NCBI GenBank assembly: GCA_022763185.1
Contig: JALEGL010000008.1
Span: 67,012 to 131,011 of the forward strand
DNA: 64,000 nucleotides
From: a bacterium
GTDB taxonomy: Bacteria; Bdellovibrionota_G; JALEGL01
Direction: 5' to 3'
A program made the position numbers and the translations under genes. The notes under the pieces were generated by a model that saw nothing but the letters and a program-made list of their open reading frames with translations, ran no database searches and was not told the DNA's origin. Shown here piece by piece: positions 1-9,441 of the stretch (position 1 is the first letter of the stretch; the number at the start of each line of letters is the position of its first letter).

Positions 1-1
1 T

Positions 2-244
2 TTTGCGACCAAACCGTATATATGCTCTTCAAATTACTGGTTAAAAATGAGCCATTATAAAAAAGGCGATTGGTGTGATATTGTTGACGGGCTTTATTGG
101 CGGTTTATTGCTAAACACAAAGATTACTTTTCTCAAAACCCAAGGTTGAGCATGATGACAAGAATACTGGATAAGATGAAGGTCGACAGAAAAGAAAAAA
201 TTTTTAATGAAGCTGAAAATTTTTTGGATAGGGTGACGCAATGA
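2..244 (+). CDS. 3'-terminal fragment of a cryptochrome/photolyase-related protein (COG3046-like), truncated by the window edge
   Basis: Frame 2 is open from nt 2 with no upstream stop, so the CDS continues off the window. The segment FATKPYICSSNYWLKMSHYKKGDWCD resembles the conserved C-terminal KPY(A/I)xSxNY(I/W)xxMSxYC motif block of photolyase-related/FeS-BCP proteins. Assignment is from memory of the family. Confidence 0.4.
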   Translation, partial: FATKPYICSSNYWLKMSHYKKGDWCDIVDGLYWRFIAKHKDYFSQNPRLSMMTRILDKMKVDRKEKIFNEAENFLDRVTQ

Positions 245-1002
245 AGAAAAATAATCGAGTTGTTTTGGTCTTAGGGGCAAACCGGGGAATAGGCTTAGGT
301 ATTGTTAAAAATTTAATTAAAGATAAAGCCAATTTCAGGATTTATGCCAGCTATAGATCTGAAGAAAGGTCAAAAGAACTCTTAACCTTAGCTCAACAAC
401 ACAGTAAACAGCTAAAGTGCATTGTTTTTGATGCAATACAGGAGAGTGATTATCGGCAATTATACGAGAATGTGGCATCAAATTCGGAGAGGATAGATCT
501 ATGTATCAACTGTATAGGAATCTTGGATGATGGCACGACTTTTCCAGAAAGAAAAATAGAAGATCTAAGTCAAGCCTCATTGATGCAGGCCTATCTTCAC
601 AATACCGTACCAACCTTACTCTTAGCAAAACACTTAAAGTCTCTACTCTTTAAAAGTGAACAGCCTAAACTTATTGCAGTTTCAGCAAAAGTGGGAAGCA
701 TATCCGATAACCGTTTAGGCGGATGGTATTCCTACAGGCTATCTAAAACAGCATTAAATATGGCCATAAAAAATATATCTATTGAGTTTAAAAGGCGACA
801 TCAAGACAGCATCGTTGTGGCCATTCATCCCGGTACTACCGAAACAGACCTATCAAAGCCCTTTATTAAAAATGCTGCAAAAAAGTATATCATTCACCAG
901 CCACAGCAGACAGGGGACCATATTTTAAAGATTATTGAGGGTTTGAGTCCAAATGAGACGGGGTCATTTTTTTCTTGGGATGGTTCTTTAATTCCCTGGT
1001 AG
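241..1002 (+). CDS. short-chain dehydrogenase/reductase (SDR) family oxidoreductase
   Basis: N-terminal Rossmann motif VLVLGANRGIGLGIV (TGxxxGIG) and catalytic YxxxK (YSYRLSK). Length 253 aa is typical for classical SDRs. Confidence 0.8.
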   Translation: MKKNNRVVLVLGANRGIGLGIVKNLIKDKANFRIYASYRSEERSKELLTLAQQHSKQLKCIVFDAIQESDYRQLYENVASNSERIDLCINCIGILDDGTTFPERKIEDLSQASLMQAYLHNTVPTLLLAKHLKSLLFKSEQPKLIAVSAKVGSISDNRLGGWYSYRLSKTALNMAIKNISIEFKRRHQDSIVVAIHPGTTETDLSKPFIKNAAKKYIIHQPQQTGDHILKIIEGLSPNETGSFFSWDGSLIPW

Positions 1003-1078
1003 GGTGGTTTTGAGATAAATATAATCCTTGCATAATGTTTGCAGCCAGTGTAAAGCGAATATTAGTTAGTTTTTATCA

Positions 1079-1100
1079 GCTCGGCCGTGAGCGTTCTTTT
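1079..1100 (+). terminator. weak candidate rho-independent terminator after the SDR gene
   Basis: Short hairpin gctc-ggccgt-gagc followed by gttctttt. The stem is only 4 bp, so this is weak. Confidence 0.25.
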
Positions 1101-1202
1101 ATTAGATTTCAGTCCATTATCAGATCATTCATCCAAGCTTAAAAAGCTAAGGTTAATTTAAATTGAAGACTTTTTTTAAAGTCACAGGAAAGTAGAAAAC
1201 AA

Positions 1203-1502
1203 ATGAGTAAAAAAATATTTGTGGGTAATTGTAGTTATAATGTTAATGAAGCTGAGCTACAATCTTTTATTGAATCTTTAGAAATCAGTGTGGTTTCAGC
1301 AAAAGTAATCACTGACAGGGAAACTGGCAGATCAAGAGGCTTTGCTTTTGTTGAAGTTGGTGAGAATGAAGATCTAACCCATGTAATCAACACCTTAAAT
1401 GGTAAAGAGTTGGATGGCAGAAATTTAACAGTCAATGAAGCCAAACAAGAGAATAAAAGAAGCGGCGGCGGTTTTAAAGGCGGTCGTGATCGTAGATACT
1501 GA
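1203..1502 (+). CDS. RRM-type (RNP-1) RNA-binding protein with Gly-rich tail
   Basis: RNP-2-like KIFVGN and RNP-1 RGFAFVEV motifs. C-terminal RSGGGFKGGRDRR glycine/arginine tail, 99 aa. Confidence 0.85.
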   Translation: MSKKIFVGNCSYNVNEAELQSFIESLEISVVSAKVITDRETGRSRGFAFVEVGENEDLTHVINTLNGKELDGRNLTVNEAKQENKRSGGGFKGGRDRRY

Positions 1503-1528
1503 TTTTAAACAAAAATCAAATGATCTAA

Positions 1529-1557
1529 AGGCCCCAAATGCAGGGGCCTTTTTTTTT
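1529..1557 (+). terminator. rho-independent terminator
   Basis: Perfect hairpin aggcccc-aaatgc-ggggcct followed by a 9-T run, immediately after the RRM gene stop. Confidence 0.85.
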
Positions 1558-1662
1558 GAATAATTATAGCGACTTAAAAAGAAAATCACCACAAAAGCAT
1601 AAACGAAACCTGTGGGAAATAATAAAAAGTAAAAAATAATTGAAAACTTTTGATATCAACGT

Positions 1663-3696
1663 ATGTTGTCACGTTTGATACCCATGCAGCGTTACCTAGA
1701 AAAACTAAATCCAGAGCAAGTTGAGGCAGTAAAACATAGTTATGGCCCATTGCTTATTTTGGCTGGAGCAGGGAGTGGTAAAACTACAGTTTTAGTGCAA
1801 CGTACACAGAGGCTAATTTTAGATGAAGTTGCTCGTGCAGAGGCTATTTTAGTCCTGACTTTTACCAACAAAGCGGCTAGAGAGTTAAAGTTTAGAGTTG
1901 CGCAGAAGCTAGATAAAAAACAAGCTCAAGCCATCTATGCCAGTACCTTTCATTCTTTTGGTTTAGACATCATCAAAAAACATCACAATGTTTTAGGATT
2001 ACCCAAGCGCTTTGGTGTCATTGATCAAAGTGATGCTCAGTCGGTTGTAAAAGAACTGTTAAAGACAACAGTTGATAGTGAAAAAAGTGATTTTGATCTG
2101 GATACATTATTGAATTGTATTCAAACACTTAGAGCTGGCAAAGAAATAGCCAATAACTTACAAGATTATCAAGATATGGCTGAAGCCTTATGCTCCAAAT
2201 ATATTGAAAGACTGAGGTCTTTGGGTGTTGTTGATTTTGAGGGCTTAATCCTGGGACCTATAGAAATCTTTGAAAAAAAACCTGATATTCTGAAGCAGTA
2301 TCAAGATCAATTCCAACAGATCATGGTGGATGAATTTCAAGACACCAATGACATACAGATGCAAATGCTAAAACTTTTAGCACAAAAGCATCAAAATTTA
2401 ACTGTGGTTGGAGATGATGATCAGTCTATTTATGGTTGGCGTGGAGCACAAATCCAACATATTTTAGATTTTCCAAAAAGATACAAAAATTGCAAAGTGG
2501 TGCGCTTGGAAAGAAACTATAGATCCAAAGCCAAAATTTTAGATTTAGCCAACCATATTATTGCAAAAAACAGTACCCGTCATGGCAAAAAACTATTGGC
2601 TTCAGGCTATGATGATGATGGCTATGAACCAGAAGTTTTTCTTTATCTCAATGAAGTTGATGAATCTGAAGGCATGGTTACTCAGATAGAGTACTTTAAA
2701 AGCAAAGGCTATAAAAACGAAGATATTGCTTTATTGTACCGATCTAACAGTCAAGGAGGGATGATTGAAGCAGCTTTAAGAAAGCAGCAAATACCTTATG
2801 TTTTAACCGGTGGAACGGGCTTTTTTAGCCGCAAAGAAATCAAAGATATTTTAGCTTATTTAAAGTGTATGTTTAGGCCAGATGAAATCAGTGTAAGAAG
2901 AGCAATGCATACCCCAAGTAAAGGTATTGGTGAAAAAAGTATTCAAACCATCTTTGAATATGCACAAACACATAATATAAGTTTCTTCAAAGCCAGCCAA
3001 AAAAGTTTAGAGGGGTTAAATGAAAAGTCGCAGCAAGCCGTAAATCAATTTCATCAGCAACTCAAAGAGTACAAAGATATTTTGCTTAACGGCAAAGAAA
3101 AATGTGAAGACCTTTTAGTAAAAATCTTAGAAAAAATAGGCTATAAACGCATGGTCATCAGTTCCTTTAAAGATATTCATACTGCTCAAAAACGTTGGGA
3201 TTTAGTTTTAACATTTTGTAGAGTCTTAGGTGCATACATTCAAAAAAGTGGAAAAAATGCGCAGTCATTTTTAAAATTTATTGAAAATATGGATTTAGGT
3301 GATGTTGAAGAAGATCAAAAAGATGGTGCTTCTGTTCAGCTCATGACTCTTCATGCATGTAAGGGACTAGAATTTCCTGTTGTTATTATTAGCGGCGTTG
3401 AAGAAGGAATTTTACCCCACCAACGTTTAGGTCAAGATATTAGTGAGGAGCGACGCTTGTTTTATGTAGGGATCACGCGTGCCAAAGAGCATTTGGTTTT
3501 AACCCGTGCCAAAGAAAGAAAAAAGCATGGTAAACTAAAGCCCAGTGCCACCTCAAGGTTTTTAGCTGAAGTTGATGAACCGTTAATTAAAAACTACCAA
3601 AGTGCATTTAGACCCCAGGGAGAGAATGAAAGAAAAGCTATGGTAGCCGCACTGTTTGCTAAAATAGATCAAAAAACGGAAAAGCTGAAAGGATAA
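1663..3696 (+). CDS. uvrD: ATP-dependent DNA helicase, UvrD/PcrA/Rep (SF1) family
   Basis: Walker A AGAGSGKTTVL, motif II VDEFQDTN, and the conserved LNPEQ...AV start region. The true start is probably the internal Met at 1684 (MQRYLEKLNPEQ). Confidence 0.9.
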   Translation: MLSRLIPMQRYLEKLNPEQVEAVKHSYGPLLILAGAGSGKTTVLVQRTQRLILDEVARAEAILVLTFTNKAARELKFRVAQKLDKKQAQAIYASTFHSFGLDIIKKHHNVLGLPKRFGVIDQSDAQSVVKELLKTTVDSEKSDFDLDTLLNCIQTLRAGKEIANNLQDYQDMAEALCSKYIERLRSLGVVDFEGLILGPIEIFEKKPDILKQYQDQFQQIMVDEFQDTNDIQMQMLKLLAQKHQNLTVVGDDDQSIYGWRGAQIQHILDFPKRYKNCKVVRLERNYRSKAKILDLANHIIAKNSTRHGKKLLASGYDDDGYEPEVFLYLNEVDESEGMVTQIEYFKSKGYKNEDIALLYRSNSQGGMIEAALRKQQIPYVLTGGTGFFSRKEIKDILAYLKCMFRPDEISVRRAMHTPSKGIGEKSIQTIFEYAQTHNISFFKASQKSLEGLNEKSQQAVNQFHQQLKEYKDILLNGKEKCEDLLVKILEKIGYKRMVISSFKDIHTAQKRWDLVLTFCRVLGAYIQKSGKNAQSFLKFIENMDLGDVEEDQKDGASVQLMTLHACKGLEFPVVIISGVEEGILPHQRLGQDISEERRLFYVGITRAKEHLVLTRAKERKKHGKLKPSATSRFLAEVDEPLIKNYQSAFRPQGENERKAMVAALFAKIDQKTEKLKG

Positions 3697-3763
3697 AGTT
3701 TATTGCTAGTCAATAGCGATAAATTTGGTTATCCAGTAGAGAATACTTTTTTTAAAGCTTATT

Positions 3764-5155
3764 ATGGATAGTACAAATATAAATATTGTTATTGCCGGTG
3801 CCAGTGGTTACATAGGCCAAGCCATTATTCCGCAAATCCTTGAGCGTTTTCAATCAGCAACTGTTTTTGCTTTATCAAGAAGTAAAATGAGTACGCTTCA
3901 TCCAAGGCTTACCTGGCGAGAGTGTGATTTGTTTTCTCTAAAATCAATAGAAGAGGCTTTGCCAGAAAAAGTAGACTGTGCAATTTACTTGGTTCACTCT
4001 ATGGTCCCTACCGCAGCTTTAGATCAGGGCTCTTTTGCAGACTATGACCTGATTTTAGCGGATAATTTTGCCAGGGTTCTAAAACTAAGAAACAATAAGC
4101 ATATTATCTACCTTGGAGGCCTAATCCCTGAGCAAGAAGATTTATCGTTGCATTTGCAAAGTAGATTGGAAGTAGAGCAAGTCTTTAAAGAGCATAACTT
4201 ACCACTAACTATTTTTAGAGCAGGTCTAATTGTTGGTACACAAGGCTCGTCATTTCAAATCATGTTGAAATTGGTTCAGCGCTTGCCTGTTATGGTTTGT
4301 CCTAAATGGACACAAAACTTAACATCTCCGGTTGATTTAAAAACAGTGGTACAGTCTATTACACGCATAATCTTAAAAAAAGAACATGTTGGAAAAACCT
4401 ATGATCTGGCAGCTTGTGAGCCATTGAGCTATTTAGAGATGATGCAGCAAACAGCTTCACACATGAACAAAAGAAAGCTCTTTATTCGCTTTCCCTACTT
4501 AACACCTAGGCTGTCTAGCTTGTGGGTAAGTCTTGTTACTCAAAGTTCTAAAAATTTGGTTTATCCACTGATAGAATCTTTAAAGTACTCTATGGTTACT
4601 CGCCCAGATAAAGAGTTAAAAGGACTTACAAAACAGAGATATTTGGATATTTTAAAAAATCTAGATTTAAGTTTAAAAAAATCAAAGTCATTCTTTAGAT
4701 TTAAGCCACAACGAAAAACAGTTCGTTCAGTGCAAAGATTGCCATTGCCAAAAAACAAAGACGCATATTGGATTAAAAAACGTTACTTTTTATGGTTAAA
4801 GCATGTTTTGAAACCACTGGTGGATATTGTTTATATCTCTCAGCAATCTATATTTAAATTTAAACTGTTTAAGCTCACGATATTAACATTAAAGTTAAAT
4901 AAACATCGGAGTCACAAAGATCGACAGTTGCTGTATATCAACAAGGGTATATTGGTTGCAGAGAAAAATAGAGGTAGGCTTGAATTTAGAACTGTTCTTA
5001 ATAATCGATATGTTCTGGCAGCCATTCATGATTATAAACCATCTTTACCTTGGTTTATTTATACATTAACTCAGGCAAAAGTTCATGCTCTGGTCATGAA
5101 GTGTTTTGCAAATCATTTAAGAAAAAAGTTAAACACTAAAATGAAGTCGCACTAA
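3764..5155 (+). CDS. NAD(P)-binding (atypical SDR/NmrA-like) protein with C-terminal DUF2867-like extension
   Basis: N-terminal IVIAGASGYIGQAI Rossmann motif. The roughly 150-aa C-terminal extension follows a Lys-rich linker. The domain call is from memory of this architecture. Confidence 0.5.
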   Translation: MDSTNINIVIAGASGYIGQAIIPQILERFQSATVFALSRSKMSTLHPRLTWRECDLFSLKSIEEALPEKVDCAIYLVHSMVPTAALDQGSFADYDLILADNFARVLKLRNNKHIIYLGGLIPEQEDLSLHLQSRLEVEQVFKEHNLPLTIFRAGLIVGTQGSSFQIMLKLVQRLPVMVCPKWTQNLTSPVDLKTVVQSITRIILKKEHVGKTYDLAACEPLSYLEMMQQTASHMNKRKLFIRFPYLTPRLSSLWVSLVTQSSKNLVYPLIESLKYSMVTRPDKELKGLTKQRYLDILKNLDLSLKKSKSFFRFKPQRKTVRSVQRLPLPKNKDAYWIKKRYFLWLKHVLKPLVDIVYISQQSIFKFKLFKLTILTLKLNKHRSHKDRQLLYINKGILVAEKNRGRLEFRTVLNNRYVLAAIHDYKPSLPWFIYTLTQAKVHALVMKCFANHLRKKLNTKMKSH

Positions 5156-5176
5156 GGGTTTAATTTAGGCTGAGTA

Positions 5177-5758
5177 TTAAAGTTTAAGAAGACCTTCGTG
5201 AATGAGTAAAGAAACATAAGCATCACAAGCGGCATAATGTATTTGTTTGTCTTTTAAGGTCTTTGCTGCCCAATTAGAAAGTTTAGCACTTTTTTTTAAG
5301 CGATGACCGGTAAAAATGACACTTAAGGCATTGAGCCCAAAGTTCTGTAAGCCTTTTTCTTCTGCTAAATCAGCCAACTCTATAAAGCCTTGAGCTTGAA
5401 AGTCTCTAAGTTTTTGTAAAGCAATGATATCGTCTCTAACGGCTACACCCAGTTTAAGAATTTTAGCTGAGCTTAAGATGTTTGATAAATCTGGACTTAG
5501 GGCTTGTTGTTTCAGCTGAAATAAATAAGCATCGGTTTTTGTTGCCAGTTGTAGAAGTGCCACAGGATTGTTTTGTCCTTTTCTAAAGTTAGGCCGTGTT
5601 TCTGTATCAAAGCCTAAAATTTCTTCTTTGTTTAAATGTTGGCAAACTTCAATTTGCTGTTCATAGTCTTGAACAATATGAATGGTACCGGGATACTGTA
5701 AAAATGGAAATTCATTTATTTCTTGTTTGCTCAGTTTTTTGCGACCGTCAATGAACAC
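5177..5758 (-). CDS. 3'-5' exonuclease (RNase D/DEDDy family)
   Basis: Exo I motif GFDTET and C-terminal YAACDAY (Y-x3-D) motif, 193 aa. Confidence 0.75.
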   Translation of the reverse strand: MFIDGRKKLSKQEINEFPFLQYPGTIHIVQDYEQQIEVCQHLNKEEILGFDTETRPNFRKGQNNPVALLQLATKTDAYLFQLKQQALSPDLSNILSSAKILKLGVAVRDDIIALQKLRDFQAQGFIELADLAEEKGLQNFGLNALSVIFTGHRLKKSAKLSNWAAKTLKDKQIHYAACDAYVSLLIHEGLLKL

Positions 5759-5854
5759 AGTACTTTGCCTTAGACCATGCTCAAAACAATTTGTAAAGAA
5801 TCTGTAAGGCTATTTCTTGTTTAACGGTTAAAAAATAGATATGGCCTATGTCAT

Positions 5855-6700
5855 ATGCCGGAACTTCCAGAAGTTGAAACTGTGTGTCAAGGGCTTTCTC
5901 AATTGATCGAGAAAGAAGCTGAGGTCAACCATATTCAAGTCTATACAAAAAAATTACGTTTTGACCTGCCAGAAAACATTGACCAGACCCTATTTGGTCA
6001 AAAGCTTCAGTATTTTTCAAGGAGAGCCAAGTATATTTTATGGCACTTTGATCAACATATCATGATCAGTCACTTGGGGATGACGGGATCATGGAGAGAG
6101 TTTAAAGCCAAGGATATAAGAAAGCATGATCACTTTGTTATAGGATTTAAAGGTGATCAAACCTTGGTTTACAATGACCCAAGACGGTTTGGGTTTATAG
6201 ATATATCTAAGCAAAAAAATATTTCAGAGCATAAATTTTTAAAGCATTTAGGTCCTGAGCCATTATCCGATCAATTCAATCATAACTATTTACAAAACTA
6301 CTGCAAGAATAAAACGGCGGCCATTAAATCTGTGATTATGGATCAACGCTGTGTTGTAGGTGTGGGAAATATTTATGCCTGTGAAGCCTTGTTCCAAAGT
6401 AAGCTTCATCCTTTGACACCTGCCAAAGATATTAGTGAGTTTAATCTTAAACAATTGGTTAAAAGTATTAAAAGTGTTTTATCTCTGGCCATTGAAGCAG
6501 GTGGATCTACCATCAAAGATTTTAAGCAAGCCGGTGGTGAGAAGGGCTATTTTCAACATCAGTTTTTAGTCTATGGTAAAGCCAACGAGACCTGTCCAAG
6601 CTGTAAACAGTATACAATTAAAAATTTAAGAGTAGGGGGCAGAAGCAGCTTTTTTTGTCCACAGTGTCAGCCAGAAATATCCGTACGGTATGGCAAATAA
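5855..6700 (+). CDS. mutM: formamidopyrimidine-DNA glycosylase
   Basis: Canonical N-terminus MPELPEVE (catalytic Pro2/Glu3), H2TH region, and C-terminal zinc finger CPSC...CPQC. Confidence 0.92.
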   Translation: MPELPEVETVCQGLSQLIEKEAEVNHIQVYTKKLRFDLPENIDQTLFGQKLQYFSRRAKYILWHFDQHIMISHLGMTGSWREFKAKDIRKHDHFVIGFKGDQTLVYNDPRRFGFIDISKQKNISEHKFLKHLGPEPLSDQFNHNYLQNYCKNKTAAIKSVIMDQRCVVGVGNIYACEALFQSKLHPLTPAKDISEFNLKQLVKSIKSVLSLAIEAGGSTIKDFKQAGGEKGYFQHQFLVYGKANETCPSCKQYTIKNLRVGGRSSFFCPQCQPEISVRYGK

Positions 6701-6718
6701 TGGTTTAATAGACATTAA

Positions 6719-6762
6719 AGTAGCCAAAGGTAGCCGCGGTACCTTTGGCTACTTTGTTTTGA
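6719..6762. terminator. bidirectional rho-independent terminator between convergent mutM and folA
   Basis: Perfect 14-bp inverted repeat agtagccaaaggta / tacctttggctact with a palindromic gccgcgg loop, followed by ttgttttga on the + strand. The folA stop codon lies inside the 3' arm. Confidence 0.7.
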
Positions 6763-7255
6763 TACGCGCAAACTTTTTAAATACCCAAGCGGGTTGTGTT
6801 TCACTGATAGCCGGATGTTGTTTTTCTTCAACAATATCCCATTGTGTTTGATCAAAGTCTGGAAAAAAGGCATCGCCATTTGGAATATTGAAATCAATTT
6901 CGGACAAGTACAAGTAATCACAAAACTCTAAGCATTGTTCATAAATTTGTGCGCCCCCACAAATAAACAGCTCTGTTTCTCCCGCATTTTTTGCATGTGT
7001 TATAGCGGATTCAATACTTTTAAACCACAAGACACTGGGATGGGTCATGCTTGGCTCTTGTCTAGAAACAACCAAATGCGTGCGTTTGGGTAATACCCCG
7101 GGCAGGGCTTCTAAAGATTTGCGACCCATTAAAATATGGTGATTGAGGGTTGTGCGTTTAAAGTGAGCAAACTCTTGCGGAATATGCCAAGGCATATCGT
7201 TATTTTTACCAATGACTTTGTTTTTGCTGTGCGCAGCAATGGCAGAGATCAGCAT
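6749..7255 (-). CDS. folA: dihydrofolate reductase
   Basis: MLISAIAAHSKNKVIGKNNDMPWH N-terminal signature and LMGRKS motif, 168 aa. Its start is coupled to the thyA stop (TAAATG). Confidence 0.9.
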   Translation of the reverse strand: MLISAIAAHSKNKVIGKNNDMPWHIPQEFAHFKRTTLNHHILMGRKSLEALPGVLPKRTHLVVSRQEPSMTHPSVLWFKSIESAITHAKNAGETELFICGGAQIYEQCLEFCDYLYLSEIDFNIPNGDAFFPDFDQTQWDIVEEKQHPAISETQPAWVFKKFARIKTK

Positions 7256-8062
7256 TTAGACAGCAACCTCAGCTTTAATTGCAGGATGACATTGATAGTT
7301 GATCAGTTCAAAGTCATCGTAGTGATATGAAAAAATGTCTTTAGGTTTGCGCTTGATCAACATCGTAGGCTTAGGAAAAGTTTCCCGACTTAATTGGGTT
7401 TGCACTTGTTCAAAGTGATTTTGGTACAGATGCACATCACCAAAACTGTGGACAAAGTCACCGTAGTCATAATCTAAGACATTGGCAATCATCATGGTGA
7501 GTAAAGCATAGCTGGCAATATTAAAAGGTACGCCCAAAAAGTAATCCGCAGAGCGTTGGTAAAGCTGACAGGACAAACGGGGTTTTTCTTTATTAAGAGA
7601 GACATAAAACTGAAACATTGTATGACAAGGGGGAAGCGCCATTTTTTCTACATCAGCTACATTCCAGGCAGAAACAATATGCCGCCGAGAGTGCGGATTG
7701 TTTTTTAAGCCACGCATTAAATTTTGAATTTGGTCAATACTTTCATTGTTAGGCGTTTGCCAACTGCGCCATTGTTTGCCATACACCGGACCTAAGTCAC
7801 CCTTTTCATCCGCCCATTCATCCCATATGCGGACTTTATTTTCTTTGAGGTAGGCAATGTTGGTGTCGCCTTGTAAAAACCATAGCAGCTCATGAATAAT
7901 AGATTTAAGATGACATTTCTTGGTGGTGACCAAAGGAAAACCTTCTTGTAAATTAAAGCGCAACTGCGCGCCAAACAATGATCGAGTACCTACACCAGTT
8001 CTATCTGTGCGGTCTTCACCCTTTTCCATAATGTGTTGCATAAGTTGAAGATAATTGCGCAT
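7256..8062 (-). CDS. thyA: thymidylate synthase
   Basis: [31 protein letters not shown] signature and active-site LPPCH, 268 aa. Confidence 0.95.
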   Translation of the reverse strand: MRNYLQLMQHIMEKGEDRTDRTGVGTRSLFGAQLRFNLQEGFPLVTTKKCHLKSIIHELLWFLQGDTNIAYLKENKVRIWDEWADEKGDLGPVYGKQWRSWQTPNNESIDQIQNLMRGLKNNPHSRRHIVSAWNVADVEKMALPPCHTMFQFYVSLNKEKPRLSCQLYQRSADYFLGVPFNIASYALLTMMIANVLDYDYGDFVHSFGDVHLYQNHFEQVQTQLSRETFPKPTMLIKRKPKDIFSYHYDDFELINYQCHPAIKAEVAV

Positions 8063-8187
8063 AAAAACTTAATATCGTTCATCAAGCCAATCATCAAGAA
8101 AAAATAGATACTGGGTTTTTGAAGGTAAATATGAGTCACATTGCTCAAGAATTTGATCAAATGCAGATTATGCGAGATATATGAAAT

Positions 8188-8724
8188 GTGAATGCATTGA
8201 AATTTTTTATAAGTGTAATCATTCTTGTGTTGAGTAGTAGTGTTCAGGCCCAACTCCCTCAGTTGAATCCTGAGCAAGAAAAACGAGCCCAAGCCATAGA
8301 TAAACGATTAATGGCCCCTTGTTGTTGGGCTAAAACTGTTGCTGAAGATAATTCAGGCATGGCTTTTGGCGTTAGGGAGCAAGTTAGGACTTTAATTTTA
8401 GCTGGAAAAAGTAATGCAGAGGTTTTAGCTTATTTTGAGGCTGAGTATGGAGAAAAAATTTTAAGTAGTCCAAAAAAAGAAAACTTTAACCTCTTACTGT
8501 GGATTCTACCTTTTATTCTTATGCCGCTGTTAATGTTTGGGGTGTATAAAATTATTTTATCATGGAGGAAGCCTGTGTCTTCTGATGGGAAAAAATCAGC
8601 TGCACAACTGCCTTTTATCAAAGAAGATGTGGTTTCTGAGCACGACAAGTCCAAAAACAAATCAGAAGACTATGCTAAGTATGCCAAGCAATTGGATCAA
8701 GAGCTTTATGGAGACGACACTTAA
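8188..8724 (+). CDS. CcmH/CycL/NrfF-like cytochrome c biogenesis protein with non-canonical redox motif
   Basis: Signal peptide and a C-terminal TM helix. The block LMAPCCWAKTVAEDNSGMAFGVREQV...EYGEKIL aligns with E. coli CcmH LRCPKCQNNSIADSNSMIATDLRQKV...ARYGNFV, but the LRCxxC motif is replaced by APCCW. Confidence 0.5.
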   Translation: MNALKFFISVIILVLSSSVQAQLPQLNPEQEKRAQAIDKRLMAPCCWAKTVAEDNSGMAFGVREQVRTLILAGKSNAEVLAYFEAEYGEKILSSPKKENFNLLLWILPFILMPLLMFGVYKIILSWRKPVSSDGKKSAAQLPFIKEDVVSEHDKSKNKSEDYAKYAKQLDQELYGDDT

Positions 8725-9323
8725 AAAGAACTTCCAGGTTGTTTAAGAAATTCAATTTCTTCTGGGCTGCTGGTGCGGTTTAAAATTTTATTTCTATGAG
8801 GAAAACGTCCAAACTGGGCAATAATATCGTAATGTTTAACAGCATAAATATAGTGTTCAGTGAAGGTTTTGTCTTTGTCCATCAGTTGTTTGAACATTTT
8901 AAGACTTAATCGTTGCATGTTTAAGTTCTCACTATGCTCAAGGGGCAAGTAAAAAAACACTTTTTCTAAGGGGTGCAAGGCTTGGTCTATATTTTTCTTT
9001 AAGCCTTCTAAAGCTAAGTTGAGAGCCGCATGGTCATAGGCATACATTTGATCACTGTCTCTGAAGATATTTCTGGAAAATTGATCCAGTAAAACAATCA
9101 GCGAAACATAGCTTTGTGGGTTGGATTTCCATTCAGAAAACCGTCTGCCTGCAGAAAAGTCTTTCAATAAGGGTAAAAATTGTTCACGCATATAGCGGTC
9201 TACCTCAGGATTTTTTCCAAACCAGAGCTGTCCTCGCTCCTTAAGGTATGTTTTATCTAGAGATAGATCTTTAAACCAATATTCATGAATATTCTGCCAA
9301 TTAGAATGATGGTGTAGCTGCAT
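8721..9323 (-). CDS. DUF924 family protein
   Basis: Motif block LIVLLDQFSRNIFR and FYLPLEHSE matches DUF924 conserved regions, from memory of the family. Its stop overlaps the stop of the convergent 8188-8724 gene by 3 nt. Confidence 0.6.
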   Translation of the reverse strand: MQLHHHSNWQNIHEYWFKDLSLDKTYLKERGQLWFGKNPEVDRYMREQFLPLLKDFSAGRRFSEWKSNPQSYVSLIVLLDQFSRNIFRDSDQMYAYDHAALNLALEGLKKNIDQALHPLEKVFFYLPLEHSENLNMQRLSLKMFKQLMDKDKTFTEHYIYAVKHYDIIAQFGRFPHRNKILNRTSSPEEIEFLKQPGSSF

Positions 9324-9441
9324 GGTAAATATTTACATCAAAAAGATAAAAAAAGTAAGGTATTTAAACCTAAACTAGGTTAGTTAACATAAAGATCTCT
9401 CACATTAGAAATTTATTGTGTTAACAGGTGGTTCTATATAC

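Noticed and set aside
47-244. Track ORF starting at Met-47 as a complete 65-aa gene.
   Set aside because: The frame is open to the window edge (nt 2), so it is better read as the C-terminal end of a larger photolyase-related gene cut by the window.
8721-8724. Convergent CcmH-like and DUF924 genes overlap at their stop codons.
   Set aside because: It is real in the sequence (TAA on both strands, offset by 1), but a 3-4 nt 3' overlap of convergent genes is common in compact genomes and has no obvious function.
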